The position numbers were made by a program, and so were the translations under genes. 64,000 bases of DNA from Chiloscyllium plagiosum (lineage: Eukaryota). Below are positions 1 through 12,879 of this stretch, in pieces. The notes under the pieces are model-generated. The model was not told where the DNA came from and ran no database searches. It was given only the letters and a program-made list of their open reading frames with translations. Location of the stretch: the NCBI RefSeq assembly GCF_004010195.1, contig NC_057711.1, forward strand, positions 74,400,933 to 74,464,932, given 5' to 3'. Every line of letters begins with the position of its first letter. The first letter of the stretch is position 1.

Positions 1-1570
1 TCCACATTGAAACAAACACAACCTCCTCGATCAGATTCCAGTCTGGAACTTACTCCTGAGTATATGTTATTCCACATTGAAACAAACACAACCTCCTCGA
101 TCAGATTCCAGTCTGGAACTTACTCCTGAGTATATGTTATTCCACATTGAAACAAACACAACCTCCTCGATCAGATTCCAGTCTGGAACTTACTCCTGAG
201 TATATGTTATTCCACATTGAAACAAACACAACCTCCTCGATCAGATTCCAGTCTGGAACTTACTCCTGAGTATATGTTATTCCACATTGAAACAAACACA
301 ACCTCCTCGATCAGATTCCAGTCTGGAACTTACTCCTGAGTATATGTTATTCCACATTGAAACAAACACAACCTCCTCGATCAGATTCCAGTCTGGAACT
401 TACTCCTGAGTATATGTTATTCCACATTGAAACAAACACAACCTCCTCGATCAGATTCCAGTCTGGAACTTACTCCTGAGTATATGTTATTCCACATTGA
501 AACAAACACAACCTCCTCGATCAGATTCCAGTCTGTAACTCACTCTTGAGTATTTGCTATTCCATATATATAAACCAACTCAATCTCCTCGATCAGATTC
601 TAATCTGTAACTCATTTCAGGTATCTGTTCTTCAACGTACAACCCACCTCAGACATTTCAATTAGATTCCAGTTTGTAACTCGTCCCCAGGTATCTGTTA
701 TTCTGTACTTATACCATCTCCAGTCCCTCGGGTTAGTTTCCAGTTTGCGAGTCTTACTTGGGTATTTTACTTTTATATAAATAAACTCCCGATTCATCAA
801 TTAGATTCCAATCTGTAACTCATTCATGTATATTTGTTATTCCATATATAAACCAACCCGAATTCAAAATTAGATTCCAGCCTGTAGCACATTCCTGGGT
901 ATCTATTATTCCATATATATAAACCACCCCGAATCCCTCAAGTAGATTCTAGTCTGTAACTCACTCCTGAGTATCTGTCATTCTACAGGTAAACCATCCC
1001 AAATCCTCTCAATTAAATTCAAGTCTGTTACTTGCTCTTGGGTCTGTGCTATTCCATATATAAAGCACCCGAACTGCTCAATTAGATTCAAATTTGTAAT
1101 TCATTCCCATATCTCTGTGACTCTGAACATGAACCACCCAAAACTCCTGGATTAGATTCCAGTCTGCAATTCACTCCACGGTATCTTTTACTCTATTTGG
1201 AAATCTCTCGATGAGATTTGAATCTGTAACTCACTTCCATGCATCTATCACTCAAAATATAAACGACTCTAGATCCTGAAATAAGATTCCAATCACTAAC
1301 TTACTCCCATGTTTCTGTGTCTCTGCCCATCAACCAACATGAACCCCTCGATTATATTCCAGTCTGTAACTCACTTCCGGGAATCTGTTCTCCTCAATAT
1401 AAACCACCCTGAACATATTGATTATATTCCAGTGTGTAACTCACTCCAGGGAATATGTTCTTCCCAATATAAACCACCCTGAACATGTTGATTATGTTCC
1501 AGTCTGTAACTCATTCCGGGGTATCTGTCATTCGATATAAGAACACTACTAACTACACCGATTAGATCTC
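1..1570. repeat. 70-bp tandem satellite (about 22 units): identical 1-535, degenerate 536-1570
   Basis: The unit tccacattgaaacaaacacaacctcctcgatcagattccagtctggaacttactcctgagtatatgttat restarts at 1, 71, 141, 211, 281, 351, 421 and 491. The anchor (a)ttagattcc recurs about every 70 bp out to 1561. Confidence 0.97.
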
Positions 1571-1721
1571 AGGTTTGGTCAATGTTTTACCCATTAACTT
1601 ACCATCTCTATCCTTCTGTCAAACCCTCTCCTTGAGTCAGTGTGTATTTGTCTGTCCGTTTCACTCTACTCTCCCGGAATATCATTAAATTGCCATATTC
1701 ATCTGTCAGCCATTTTGAATT

Positions 1722-2140
1722 GGTTCATGGTGTGAGTGGAGGGGGTCAATTATCAGGGACACAGGCACGAAGTGCGAGGGGGGACGTTTAAAAGAGATGT
1801 GCAAGGCAGGTTCTTTACACAAAGGGTGGTGGGTTCCTGGACCGCGCTGCCAGAGGAAGTGGAAGCAGAGACAATAGCGGCATTCAGGAAGCACTTGGAT
1901 GAATACATGAACAGAATGGGAATCAAGGGATTTGGATGCTCTAAGTGAAGGCAGCTTTAGTATGGAAGGGCAAGCTGTGGCAGTGCATACTTGGAGGACC
2001 AAAGAGCCTGTTCCTGTGCTGTATTGTTCTTTGTTCTTATGTTCAAAGTTATTTGAAAGTGGAGTTGCAGGTAGATTGGACAGTGAAGAAGGTCTTTGGT
2101 ATACTTGCCTTTATTGGTAAGTGCATTGAGTTTAGGATTT
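1722..2140 (+). mobile_element. CR1 LINE 3' end fragment plus a short internal CR1 ORF2 piece
   Basis: Translation GHRHEVRGGTFKRDVQGRFFTQRVVGSWTALPEEV...FRKHLDEYMN matches the CR1 ORF2 C-terminus. It is followed by LKVELQVDWTVKKVFGILAFIGKCIEFR. Confidence 0.85.
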
Positions 2141-2242
2141 CGGGGGTATTTTGCTGAAGCTCCTCGGATGCTGCCTGAACTGCTGTGCTTTTCCCATTGA
2201 TCCAGAATACTTTGAAGACAAGTCAAGTGAAAGGTAATGATT

Positions 2243-3874
2243 TGGAGATGCTGTTGTTGGACTGGGGGATACAAAGTTAAAAAGCATACAACACCAGGTT
2301 ATAGTCCAACTGGTTTATTTGAAAGCACTAGCTTTCTGAGTGCTGCTCCTCCATCAGGTGGCTGTGGAGTATAAGATCATAAGACACAGAATGTTTTGCA
2401 AATATTTACAGTATTATGCTTAAAATTATATATTGAAAAAGATCTGGGTTGTTTGTTAAGTCTCTCGTCTTTTAGAATGGCCACTTTGGTTTCAGTTCTT
2501 TCATACACAAAACCCAGAACGTGTTTTAAAGTTACATTTTCAAGTGAACTTTAACAATAGGTGCCATGTCGACCCAGATAATGCATTGAAGTTATGAGGT
2601 GCCCTGTGTGAGGCTATCTGTGCCCTAATGTTCAGACTGATTCTATTTCTAAAAAAGGGATTTACAGAATCTAACATGGATTCATGTAGATTTTGAGTAA
2701 AATAAAATGTAATTCTGCAAGTACAAATTCACCATCCCCATTGGTACCGAGCTTGGCTATCAGCTTTGCTTGGTCACTTTGCGTTGTTGCCTGTCCCAAA
2801 GTCCGCCTTGGAGGATGGTTACCCGAAGGTTCAAAGTTGAATGTCCCGGACCCTTGAAGTGTTCTCTGACTGGGAGGGAAGACCCCTGCCTGTTGATTGT
2901 TATGCAGCGTCCATTCCCTGAGGCATGGTGCATTGGCGAGACCGAGCAGAGGCTATGGCAACGGATGAATGGACACCACACAACAATCAACAGGCAGGAG
3001 TGTTCCCTCCCAGTCGGAGAACACTTCAGCGGTCCAGGACATTTGACCTCGAACCTTCGGGTCACCATCCTCCAAGGTGGACTTTGGGACAGGCAACAAC
3101 GCAAACTGACCGAGCCGAGGCTGATAGCCAAATTTGGTGCCCAGGGGGATGGCCTCCACCAGGACCTTGGGTTCATGTCACACTACAGGTGACCCCACTG
3201 CACTACAAACACAGATACACACACACACACACACACTCCTACAGACCCATATAGTCACACAGACCGTGTGTCATACACAGGCTCTCTCTCATATGCTCAC
3301 ATTTGTACACCCACACTTACACCGTCTCACAGACTCATACCCTTTTACACTCAGACTTACACACATACACATACACACACTCTCTCACAGACACTCATTA
3401 CACCCCCACCCCCACACACACACATATAAGTTTGTGGGGTGAATTTGTACTTGCAGAATTACATTTTATTTTGCAAAAACACTGCATGAATCTATGGTAA
3501 GGTTCTGTAAATCCCTTTTTAGACTAGAATCAGTCTGAACATTGGGCACAGACAGCCTCACACAGGGTACCCCACACCTACAATACATTATCTGGGCCAA
3601 TATGCCACCTATTGTTAAAGTTCACTTGAGATTGAAACTTTAAAAAAAACTTCTGGGTTTTACATGTGAAAGAACTGAAACCAACATTCTAAAACAAACA
3701 ATCCAGGTCTTTTTCAATATATAATTTCAGTTGCATCACACTGTAAACTTTTGCTATAAATTCTATGTCTTGAGATCTTACGTTCCACAACCATCGGATG
3801 AAGGCGGCATGCTCCAAAAGCCAGTGCTTTTAAATAAACCAGTTGGACTATAACCTGGTGTTGTGTGATTTTAA
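2243..3874 (+). mobile_element. Penelope-like element, 5'-truncated, with a long inverted duplication (fold-back); GIY-YIG C-terminus and hammerhead-type termini
   Basis: ORF CIGETEQRLWQRMNGH...LPVGEHFSGPGH...LRVTILQGGL...RLIAKF is a PLE GIY-YIG region. About 2277-2735 is the reverse complement of about 3436-3874, and about 2740-2905 of about 2975-3140. Confidence 0.88.
3205..3426 (+). repeat. Degenerate (CA)-rich simple repeat inside the Penelope 3' region
   Basis: CA/CT-rich runs are directly visible. Confidence 0.85.
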
Positions 3875-5337
3875 TTCAGTAAAAAGTGGCTTTACTGAAG
3901 TAAAACAACCACCATGTGCAGCTTTGCTGAAAACATGAGTTGCAAGGTTTGAGTACTGTGCAGGTGCTTTATTTTCATTAAGGCCCTTTCACTCTATTTG
4001 CACAGAAATAGGGGCCTTAATGATCTCTGTGTATCATGTTACATGAACTATCTAATAATTTAGGATCAGTATTTTCAACTAGCATGCAGGTTAGACGCTG
4101 AAAATACCTCGGTATGTATGATGGTAAGTCACCTGTGCTTGTTACGTTTGGCCTCCTTGCAGTAGTCAGGATGTAGGGCAGAAAATATCTGGAGATACAA
4201 AAGGCATATAAGAACGACCTTACTACAATAATCATGGGGGATGTCAATATACAGGTGGACTGGGAAAATAAGGTTGGCAGCAGATCCCAAGAAAAGGAAT
4301 TTGTGAAATGTTTAAGAGATTTGTTTGGATCAGTTTATGGTAGAATCCACCAGGGAATGTGCAATTCTGGATTTGGTGATGTATAATGAGGCAGACTGGA
4401 TTAGGAACCTTAAACATATGATGAAGGAACCTTTAGGGTGCAGTGATCATATTATGACAGAGTTCACCCTGCAGTTTGAGAGGAAGAAGCTGGAATCAGA
4501 TGTAACGGTAACAATTGAGTACAAATAATTATCAAGACATGAGGGAGGAGCTGGTCAGAATAGAATGGAAGAGGAGCCTAGCAGGGAAGACGTTGGAGCA
4601 GCAGTAGGAGGGGTTTATGATGATAAATCAGGAAATGCTGTAGAAATTCATCCCAAGGAAGAAGAAAAATACTAAGGTGAGGATGAGGCAACTGTGACTG
4701 ACAAGGGAAGTCAGGGACATCATAAAAGTAAAAAGAAAAGCAGACAATTTTGGGAAGATTAGTGTAAGGCCAAAAGATTAGGAAACATTTAAAAATCAGC
4801 AGAAATAAACAAAAAAAGGGAGGAATAGTTGAAATATGAGGGCAAACTAGCTAGTAATTTGAAAACCGATTGTAAGAGGTTTTTTAGATATATAACAGGT
4901 TAAAGAGTTGACATTGGACTTCTGGAAAATAAGGCTGGACAAGTAGTAATGGGGAAACAAGAAATTGTGAAGGAACTAAATGGGTTCTTCACATCAGTCT
5001 TCATGGTGAAGACCAGTAGCATACCAGAATTCAAGAGAGGCAGGGGACAGAGGTGGGTGTCGTGATCATCACTAAAGAGAAGATTTTGGTGACCTGAAGG
5101 TGGTTAATTCTCTCATATCAGGTGGACCTACACCTCAGAGTTCTGAAGGAGACAGCTGAGGAGATTGTAGAGACATTTGTGGTTATCTTTCAGGAATCAC
5201 TGGAATCAGGGAGGGTCCCAGGGATTGGGAAAATGTAACACCTCTGTTTAAGAAGGGAGTGAGGCAGAGGATAGGACATGAGCGGTCAGTTAGCCTGACC
5301 TTAGTGATTGATAAAATATTAAATCCATTATTAAGGA

Positions 5338-5660
5338 TTAGATTAGATTAGATTACTTACAGTATGGAAACAGGCCTTTCGGCCCAACAAGTCCACACTG
5401 ACCCGCCGAAGCGTATACCACCCAGACCCATACTCCTACATTTACCCCTTTACCTAACACTATGAACAATTTAGCATGGTCAATTCACCTAACCTGCACA
5501 TTTTTGGATTGTGGGAGGAAACCGGAGCACCCGGAGGAAACCCACGCAGACACGGGGAGAATGTGCAAACTCCACACAGAGAGTCGCCTGAGGTGGGAAT
5601 TGAACCCGGGTCTCTGGCGCTGTGAGGCAGCAGTGCTAACCACTGTGTCACTGTGCCGCC
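5338..5660 (-). mobile_element. tRNA-derived SINE, HE1/V-SINE type
   Basis: Minus-strand head ggcggcacagtgacacagtggttagcactgctgcctcacagcgccagagacccgggttcaattccc has A/B boxes. Body gtgtggagtttgcacattctccccgtgtctgcgtggg; (tctaa)n tail. Confidence 0.9.
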
Positions 5661-6107
5661 CAAAAAGATTGCTGATGAGATTGCGGAATACTTGAAAGTG
5701 CATGGTAAAATAGGGCTGAGTCAGCATGGCTTCACCAAAGGAAGCCATGCCTGACAAATCTGTCAGAATTGTTGGAGGAAGTAGGGAGCAAGTTAAACAA
5801 AGAAGAGTCAGTGGACATGATCTATTTGGAGTTCAGAAGGCCTTTGACAAGGTGCTGCACAGGGATTGCTAAATCAGATAAAAGCCTATAGTGTTAGAGG
5901 CAAGATAAAGCAGGAATTGGGGATTGGCTGACTGACAGAAGGCAGATAGTGGGATAAAGGGGTGCTTTTCAAGATGGCAACCAGTGACTAATCGAGTTCC
6001 TCAGGTGTCAGTGTTGAGATCACATCTATCCACATTGTACATTAACAGTCTGGAAGAAGGAACTGAGGGCAATGTTGCTCAGTTTGCAGATGACACAAAC
6101 ATAGTCG

Positions 6108-7173
6108 GAGGGTAGAAGACAGAGGGTGGTGGTGGAGGGCTGTTCTTCAGACTGGAGGCCTGTGACCAATAGAGTGCCACAAGGATTGGTGCTGGGTCCA
6201 CTATTTTTCATCATTTATATAAATGATTTGGATGTGACATAAGAGGTATAGTTAGTAAGTTTGCAGATGACACCAAAATTCGAGGTATAGTGGACAGTGA
6301 AATAGATTACATCAGATTACAACAGGATCTTGATCAGGTAGGCCATTGGGTTGAGAAGTGGCAGATGGAGTTTAATTCAGATAAATGCAAGGTGCTGCAT
6401 TTTGGGAAAGCAAATCTTGGCAGCACTTATACACTTAGGGAATGTTGCTGAACAAAGAGACCTTGGAGTGCAGGTTCATAGCTCCTTGAAAGTGGAGTCG
6501 CAGGTAGATAGGATAGTGAAGAAGGTGTCTGGTATGCTTTCCTTTATTGGTCAGAGTATTGAGTACAGGAGTTGGGGAGTCATGTTGTGGCTATACTGGA
6601 CATTGGTTAGACCACTGTTGGAATATTGCATGCAATTCTGTTCTCCTTCCTATTGGAAAGATGTTGTGAAACTTGAAAGGGTTCAGAAAAGATTTACAAG
6701 GATGTTGCCAGTGTTGCAGGATTTGAGCTATAGGGAGAGGCTGAACAGGCTTGGGCTGTTTTCCCTGGAGTGTCGGAGGCTAAGGGGTGACCTTATAGAG
6801 GTTTACAAAATTATGAGAGGCATAGATAGGATAAATAGACAAAGTATTTTTCTTGGGGTCAGGGTGTTCAGAACTAGAGGGCATAGGTTTAGGGTGAGAG
6901 GGGAAAGATATAGAAGAGACCTAAGGACCAACTTTTTCTTGTAGAGGGTGGTACATGTATGGAATGAGCTGCCAGAGGATGTGGTGGAGGCTGGTACAAT
7001 TGCAACATTTAAAAGGCATTTGGATGGGGATATGAATAGGAAGGGTTTGAGGGATATGGGGCAGGTGCTGGCAGGTGGGACTAGATTGGGTTGGAATATC
7101 TGGTCGGCATGGACGGATTGAACCGAAGAGTCTGTTTCTGTGCTGTACATCTCTATGACTCTATGACTATGAC
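6108..7173 (+). mobile_element. Younger 5'-truncated CR1 nested in the older CR1
   Basis: A second VPQGLVLGP and FADDTK, ORF 6351-6944 (LVRPLLEYCMQF...LERVQKRFTRML) and a (ctatga)n tail at 7151-7173. The host CR1 resumes immediately afterwards. Confidence 0.9.
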
Positions 7174-8299
7174 ACGTAGTGTTAAGGATATGGGGAGGCT
7201 GCAGAAGGACTTGGACAGGCTAGGGCACTGGGCAAAGAAGTGGCAGAAGGAATGCATTGTGGCAAAGTGTGAAGTTATAAACTTTTGTAAGAAGAATTAA
7301 GGAATAAAATATTTTCTAAATGGTGAAAGGACAGAAGGACTTAAGAGTCCTAGTTAGGATTCTCTTAAGACTAACATGCAGGTTCAGTTGGCAGTGAGGA
7401 AGGCAAATGCAATGTTCACATTCAGTTCATGAGTTAGAATACAAGAGCAGAGATGTAATGCTAAGGCTGTAGAAGGCTTGGGTCCGATCGCATTTGGAAA
7501 ATTGTGAGCAGTTTTGGCAGCCATATTTAAGGAATGATATACTGATGTTTGAGAGGGTCATGAGGAGATTTATAAGAATGATCCCAGGAATTAAGGACTT
7601 GTCATATGATGAGCAGTTGAGGACTCTGGGTCTGTATTCCTGGAGTTTAGAAGGATGAGGGGGGATCTCTTTGAAACTTGCAGAATGCTGTGAAGCCTGG
7701 TTAGAGTGAATTTAAGGAAGATGTTTGCACCAGAAGGAGAGGCTATGACCCGAGGGTACAGAGTCAAAGTGAAGAGGCGATCCTGTAGAACTGAGATATG
7801 GAGGAATTTCTTCAGCTAGAGAGTGATGAATCTGTCGAACTCATTGCAACAGAAGACTGTGGAGGCCAAGTCATTGAATGTATTTAAGACAGAGATAGAT
7901 AGTTTCCTGATTAGTAAAGGGAATAAGGGTTACAGCAGAAGGCAGGAGAATGATGTTAAAAGCATATCAGCCATGATTGAATGTTGGAGCTGACTCATTT
8001 GGCCGGATGCCTAATTCTGCTCCTCTATCTTATGGTCTTATGATCTTATGTACTGAATTGATTCAGTCACTGCATTCCAGAGTCTTATGTCAAAAGATTG
8101 AATACAAAAATAAAAGAAGATAAACTTGTACTTTTCAATGTTGAAGCAACTGGTAGGGGACCTTATTTGAATACATAAATCAAAATTAATTCAATGCACT
8201 ATTTCAAATTAAACCAGGAATGGAAAATCGGGGAGAGAGAAAAGATAAAAATATCTATGGTTTAGGTATAGCTTCAATCTTCTGGTATAATCCCTACAA

Positions 8300-9840
8300 A
8301 TGTTTCGTGCATCCTCTTTAGTGTTTCTATATTCATTTTCTAAGATGGAGACCAGAGCTGTACACAATATCGTAGTCTAAGTGCACTCTGATTAGAGTTT
8401 GATATAACTTTAGCATAACTTTCTACTTGTCTGTAATTGCTGGGCTTATCCTTACAACCTTTCTTGAACAAGGCTGTAACGTTTGAAACTTTCAAGTCTT
8501 CTGGCACCTTTCCAAAGTCTAGGGAAGAGTAAAGGATTATGGTGATTGCACCTGCAATCTCCACCATCACATCCTTCAAAATTCTTGGATTTATTTCAGC
8601 TGGTCCTGGTTTCTTGTTAACTCTACGTACTAACTCCAAATCTCCAAATCTTAAGTACTAACTGTCTCTCCAATATTTTTTCCTAATCAACTTTAACTCT
8701 TCCAGTGACAGAGCTTCCTCCACAATCACAATAGGCAATGTAGCATCTCCCTGTTTGGAAAAGATGCACAAAAGATATTTATTTGACATCTCAGCCATTC
8801 CTACAGCCTCCATGTGAATATCCCCTTTGTGGTCTCTACTCAGCCCTCCTCCTACTTTTGTAATGCGTTATTATTTGTATGACTGTAGAAGAATTTCGAG
8901 CACTGTTTTATGCTGGTTGCCAGACTTTTCTCATAATTCATCTTTGCTTCTGTTATTTGCTTTTTACCTTACCTTGGAACCTTCTGTATACCTCTTAATT
9001 CTGAATTGTTCATTTTATCCAAAACCTTCAATAAGCACTTTTTTTATTCTTTATCTTAATTTCTATTCTTTTTTTTATCCAGGGAGCTCTAGATTTGTTT
9101 GCCCTGTTTTTCTCATTTAATGCAAAGTACCTTCACTATATTAGAATAATCTCTTACATAGAACATAGAACAATACAGGAGAGGAATGGGCCCTTCGACC
9201 CATAGTGCTGTGCAGAATGTGACGCCAAATTAATCTAATCCCTTCTTCCTGCCCTTGGTTCATATTCCTTATTTCTTGCATATTCATGCTCTTCTTTGGA
9301 GGTAGCCCACTAATCAGTTGCATATTTTCCCACCAACCTCTTATTCAGTTTCAATCCTGACCAGGTCTGTTCTTGCCCCATTGAAGTGAGCTCTCAGCCA
9401 ACTGAATTTGTCTTGCTTTGTTTTGATGCATGTTATTCTCTGCTATCACCTTGACTTTACGATACAATGAGCACCATTTCCTAAGTGTTCCCTACTGTTG
9501 CATGATCAAGAGTCAAGTCCAGTGGAGTATAATTTCTTATTGGACTGGACACATCCTTATGTAAGAAACTCTCCAGCACAAAATCCAGGAATACTTGTCG
9601 CTCGCTGTCCCTTGTACTAATGCTTGCCAAATCTATGTGTGGATAATTGAAATCTTCCAATATAATGACTACATAATATTGTCATCTCTGTAATTTCCTT
9701 GCAGATTTGTTCCTCTACATGCTTTCCACTAGCAGGTGGTAAAAAATAAATGGTTTTGTTCCTTAGCCCTAAACAAATTTATTCTGTCCTTGATCCCTCT
9801 AAAACATCATTTTTCTCCAACACTGCAATGCTCTTACAGG
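8300..9840 (-). mobile_element. Old fragmented CR1 ORF2 with a small CR1-tail insertion at about 9155-9290
   Basis: PGPAEINPRILKD...KVPED...VTALFKKGCKDKPSNYR and LRYCVQLWSP on the minus strand. Endonuclease remnants lie at 9450-9750. Confidence 0.75.
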
Positions 9841-9841
9841 G

Positions 9842-10232
9842 TCATAGCCAGAGAGTCACACAGCACAGAAACAGACCCTTCTGTCTAATCAGTCTATGCC
9901 AAATATAATCCTAAACTAAACTTGTCCCACATGCCTGTGTCAGGCCCATATCCCTCCAAACCTTTCCTATTCATGTACTCATCCAAATGTCTTTTAACAG
10001 TTGTAATTGTATCCACATCTATCACTTTGTCAGGAAGTTCATTCCACACATGAACTACACACTGCATAAAAGATTTGCCCCACATGTCTTTATTAAATCT
10101 CTACCCCCTCACCTTAAAAATGCACCCCCTAGTCTTGAAATCCTCCATTCTAGGGAAAGGACATCTGCTATTAATTCTACCTATACCCCACATTATTTTA
10201 TAAACTTCTAGAAAATCGCTTCTCAACCTCCA
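9842..10232 (-). mobile_element. CR1 3' end fragment
   Basis: VVHVWNELPDKV...VKRHLDEYMNRKGLEGYG plus the CR1 3' UTR. Confidence 0.85.
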
Positions 10233-10235
10233 ATG

Positions 10236-10525
10236 TGTCAAGCCATCAGGCTTCTTGACACTGAATGATCAGACTCTTTTCCACCTGAAATTCTTTGCAC
10301 GCCTCAAATTGCTGTTAGAACAATGTCTATTAATTATCATTCTTTTATTACACTGCAATTTGTATGTTCTCCACTTCTAATGCACTTTATGCTGCCCTTG
10401 GGATGATCGTGTAATTTGTGCTGTCCATGTAGCACCTTGGTCTGGGAGGAACGCTGTCTCGTTTTTTATTGTATCAGTTGTATATGGTAGAAATTACAAA
10501 TAAAATCTTCTCTCTCTCTCTCTTT
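10236..10525 (+). mobile_element. Probable LINE 3' UTR (Rex1-like) ending in AATAAA and (CT)n
   Basis: Starts with the caagccatcaggcttcttgac motif and ends aataaaatcttctctctc. Family assigned by recall only. Confidence 0.4.
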
Positions 10526-10529
10526 CTTG

Positions 10530-11400
10530 CTATCTCTCTTCTCCTCCATTCCTATCTTTTCTGAATACTTTGTATCAGGAACATTTAGCACTCAGTTTTT
10601 TCATTCCCCAAACCATGTTTCTGTTATCATCGCACCATATTGCCACATGGCAACTAGTGTTTGTAGTTCCCCAAACTTATTTACTGTATTCTGCATATTC
10701 ACATACATGCAAAGAAATTCTGATTTTGACTTCATGGTTTTCACCATATTAACTTCACTTATTAATTTGCTATTCTCAATCCTAGAGCCAACAGTGTCTC
10801 CAAGTATTTGGTGAATCCTGGTATTTTCTTCTATTTTCTTGGGTCTCACACCCTGCCAAGTTACTTTAATGATTTTGAGGAGCCAGTGTTGGACTGGGGT
10901 GGACAATGTTAAAAATCACACAAGACCATAACCTCTAATTTTTTTTTGCTATAAATTCTGTGTCTTATGGTTCTGCTTCACAACCACCCGATGAAGAAGC
11001 AGTGCTTTGAAAGCTAATGCCTCCAAATAAACCTGTTGGACTATAACCTGGTTTTGCATAATTTCTAACAACGTTACTATAAAGCCTTCTTAATGGCACT
11101 AGCAAAATGGCCTGCAAGAAACTGAGTCTCAGCTCTGCTTAGATTCAATCTGTCTGGCTTGTCCAGGTGTATTCTTCCCCAGAATCGGTCCCAGTATCCC
11201 AGGAATCTAAAGCCCTCCCTCCAACGTCATCTTTCCATTCAAGCATTTATGTGCCTAATACTCCTATTATGGTATTCATTTGCACGGAGTGTAATCCAGA
11301 GATTATTGCATTTAAGATCCTGCTTGTTAATTTTCTACTTAATTCCCCAAATTTTGATTGTAGGGCCACATCTCCTACCTAAGTCATTGGTATGTCCCTG
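10530..11400 (-). mobile_element. CR1 ORF1 esterase end and ORF2 endonuclease start, interrupted by a Penelope hairpin
   Basis: CMYVNMQNTVNKFGEL...ITETW is the APE N-terminus. GFRFLGYWDRFWGR is ORF1 SGNH-like. Confidence 0.75.
10875..11068. mobile_element. Short Penelope terminal insertion with a partly inverted end and a degenerate hammerhead
   Basis: Same terminal sequence as 2243-3874. Hammerhead-like ccgatgaagaagcagtgctttgaaagcta. Flanked by caagttactttaa / caacgttactataa (probable TSD). Confidence 0.75.
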
Positions 11401-12040
11401 AATTTCACACTTTGATTACTTTAAAAACTATTCAATGATTGATAGTTAGTTCTTTTAAATTTTACTGATTTCTAATAATCATTGCAAAAAAGATACTGAC
11501 TGAATATTTATTGTCCTCCAATGCAGTTTTACATGATCCGCCATCATAACCTTATTGCTCTTACCTGAAAGTAATCAGTTAGAAATATTGGTTACCACTG
11601 GTTCAATATGATATTCAAGAATGTAATGTAACTAGATACAAACTGAGTGGGCATACCTTTTGTCATTAGCAAAACAGTATTTCATAAGTAAAGGAATATT
11701 CAACAATACTTGTTTGTTTCTTTATTGGAACAAAGTTTGTTTTACATTATCAGTAATATGAAAACCATAAATTTGATATTGTAATAAAGTCTGGAGCCAA
11801 AATGAACAGGTGCAAGATATTAGAAGAACAAACTATAGGCTGTGAGAAGAGCTCCAGGGAGGATTAAGTGAGAAGTGGAGCTAAGTTTAAAAAAAAAACA
11901 AGTTGTTAAATATAACTTGAAGGAATATGAAAAGATTGTGTTACTTATGAAAAATATAACACGCCAAAGACTGAAGTTGGTGAACAAAGAGCCAGAACTA
12001 GGGATTTGCATGGAATTATTTTCAAAGATACAACTCCTAT

Positions 12041-12275
12041 AGGAGAAAGTGAGAACCGCAGATGTTGGAGATCAGAGTCGAAAGAGTGGTGCTGGAAAAA
12101 AGCACAGCAGGTCAGGCACCATTTGAGGAGCAGGAAAGTCGACGTTTCAGCCAAAAGCCCTTCATCAGGAATGGCTTCTGCTCTTGATGAAAGGTTTTTG
12201 GCTGAAATGTCGATTCTCCTGCTCATCGGATGCTGCTTGACCTGCTGTGCTTTTCCAGCATAACACTCTCGACTC
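12041..12275. mobile_element. Penelope-terminus fold-back element with hammerhead motifs on both strands
   Basis: Arms at about 12075-12168 and 12185-12275 are reverse complements. The minus strand reads cctgatgaagggcttttggctgaaacgtc. Confidence 0.85.
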
Positions 12276-12879
12276 ATACTTATATAGTGCTTTTAATGTA
12301 TTGAAAGGTTCCAAGTGCTCTATGCCATCGAACCACATAAGCAAGTCTGAGTTCAGGTACCTTAGAGCTTGGTAAACAAGGTAAAGTTTAAGGAGTATCT
12401 TAAAGGAGGAAAAAGACATGTATAGGGAGAAAATTTCAGCGCATGATGCATAAGTAACTGAATGCATGACCACAAACGGTGAAACACTTGCTGGCAATGC
12501 TGAAGAGAGCAGATTTTGGAAGCATCAATATCTCTGAGGCTGATGGTTATAAAGGAGATAAAGGATTGGCAAGGTCTTAAAGGGATTTGAATTGAGAACT
12601 TTAAAGTCAAGGTATTGCTTGAACAAAAGCCAATGTAAATTAATGAGGATAGATTGGAAAACAAGATGGATTTTGATTTAAAACATGATCAGTTTTAAAT
12701 GACCTCAAGCTTACAAAGGATAGAAGCAACATTTGCAAGACCTAGGCATATATACCAACATAGCAAGTAACATTCAACACAAGTGTCAGGCAGTGACTAT
12801 GTCTAATAGAAGAAAATCTATTTTTCAATGGTTGTGCTATTACCATTGCAGAAGCCCACCCCTTTCCCCACTCTATCAA

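Larger units (their letters stand above)
4125..8050 (+). mobile_element. Decayed CR1 LINE ORF2 (APE endonuclease to RT to 3' tail), interrupted by a SINE and a second CR1
   Basis: Motifs include IIMGD.N..VDW, ILDLV...EPLGCSDH, QHGFTKG, KAFDKV and FADDT. The tail is (tcttatg)-like at about 8028-8050. Many stops and frameshifts. Confidence 0.9.

Noticed and set aside
1..1570. CRISPR-like appearance (regular spacing, conserved core, internal palindrome)
   Set aside because: Whole units are identical or homologous with no unique spacers, there are no cas genes, and the context is vertebrate. It is a satellite.
5590..5660. tRNA-like sequences (also at 29203, 32800, 34751 and 57505)
   Set aside because: These are SINE heads continuous with SINE bodies and tails, with no complete cloverleaf.
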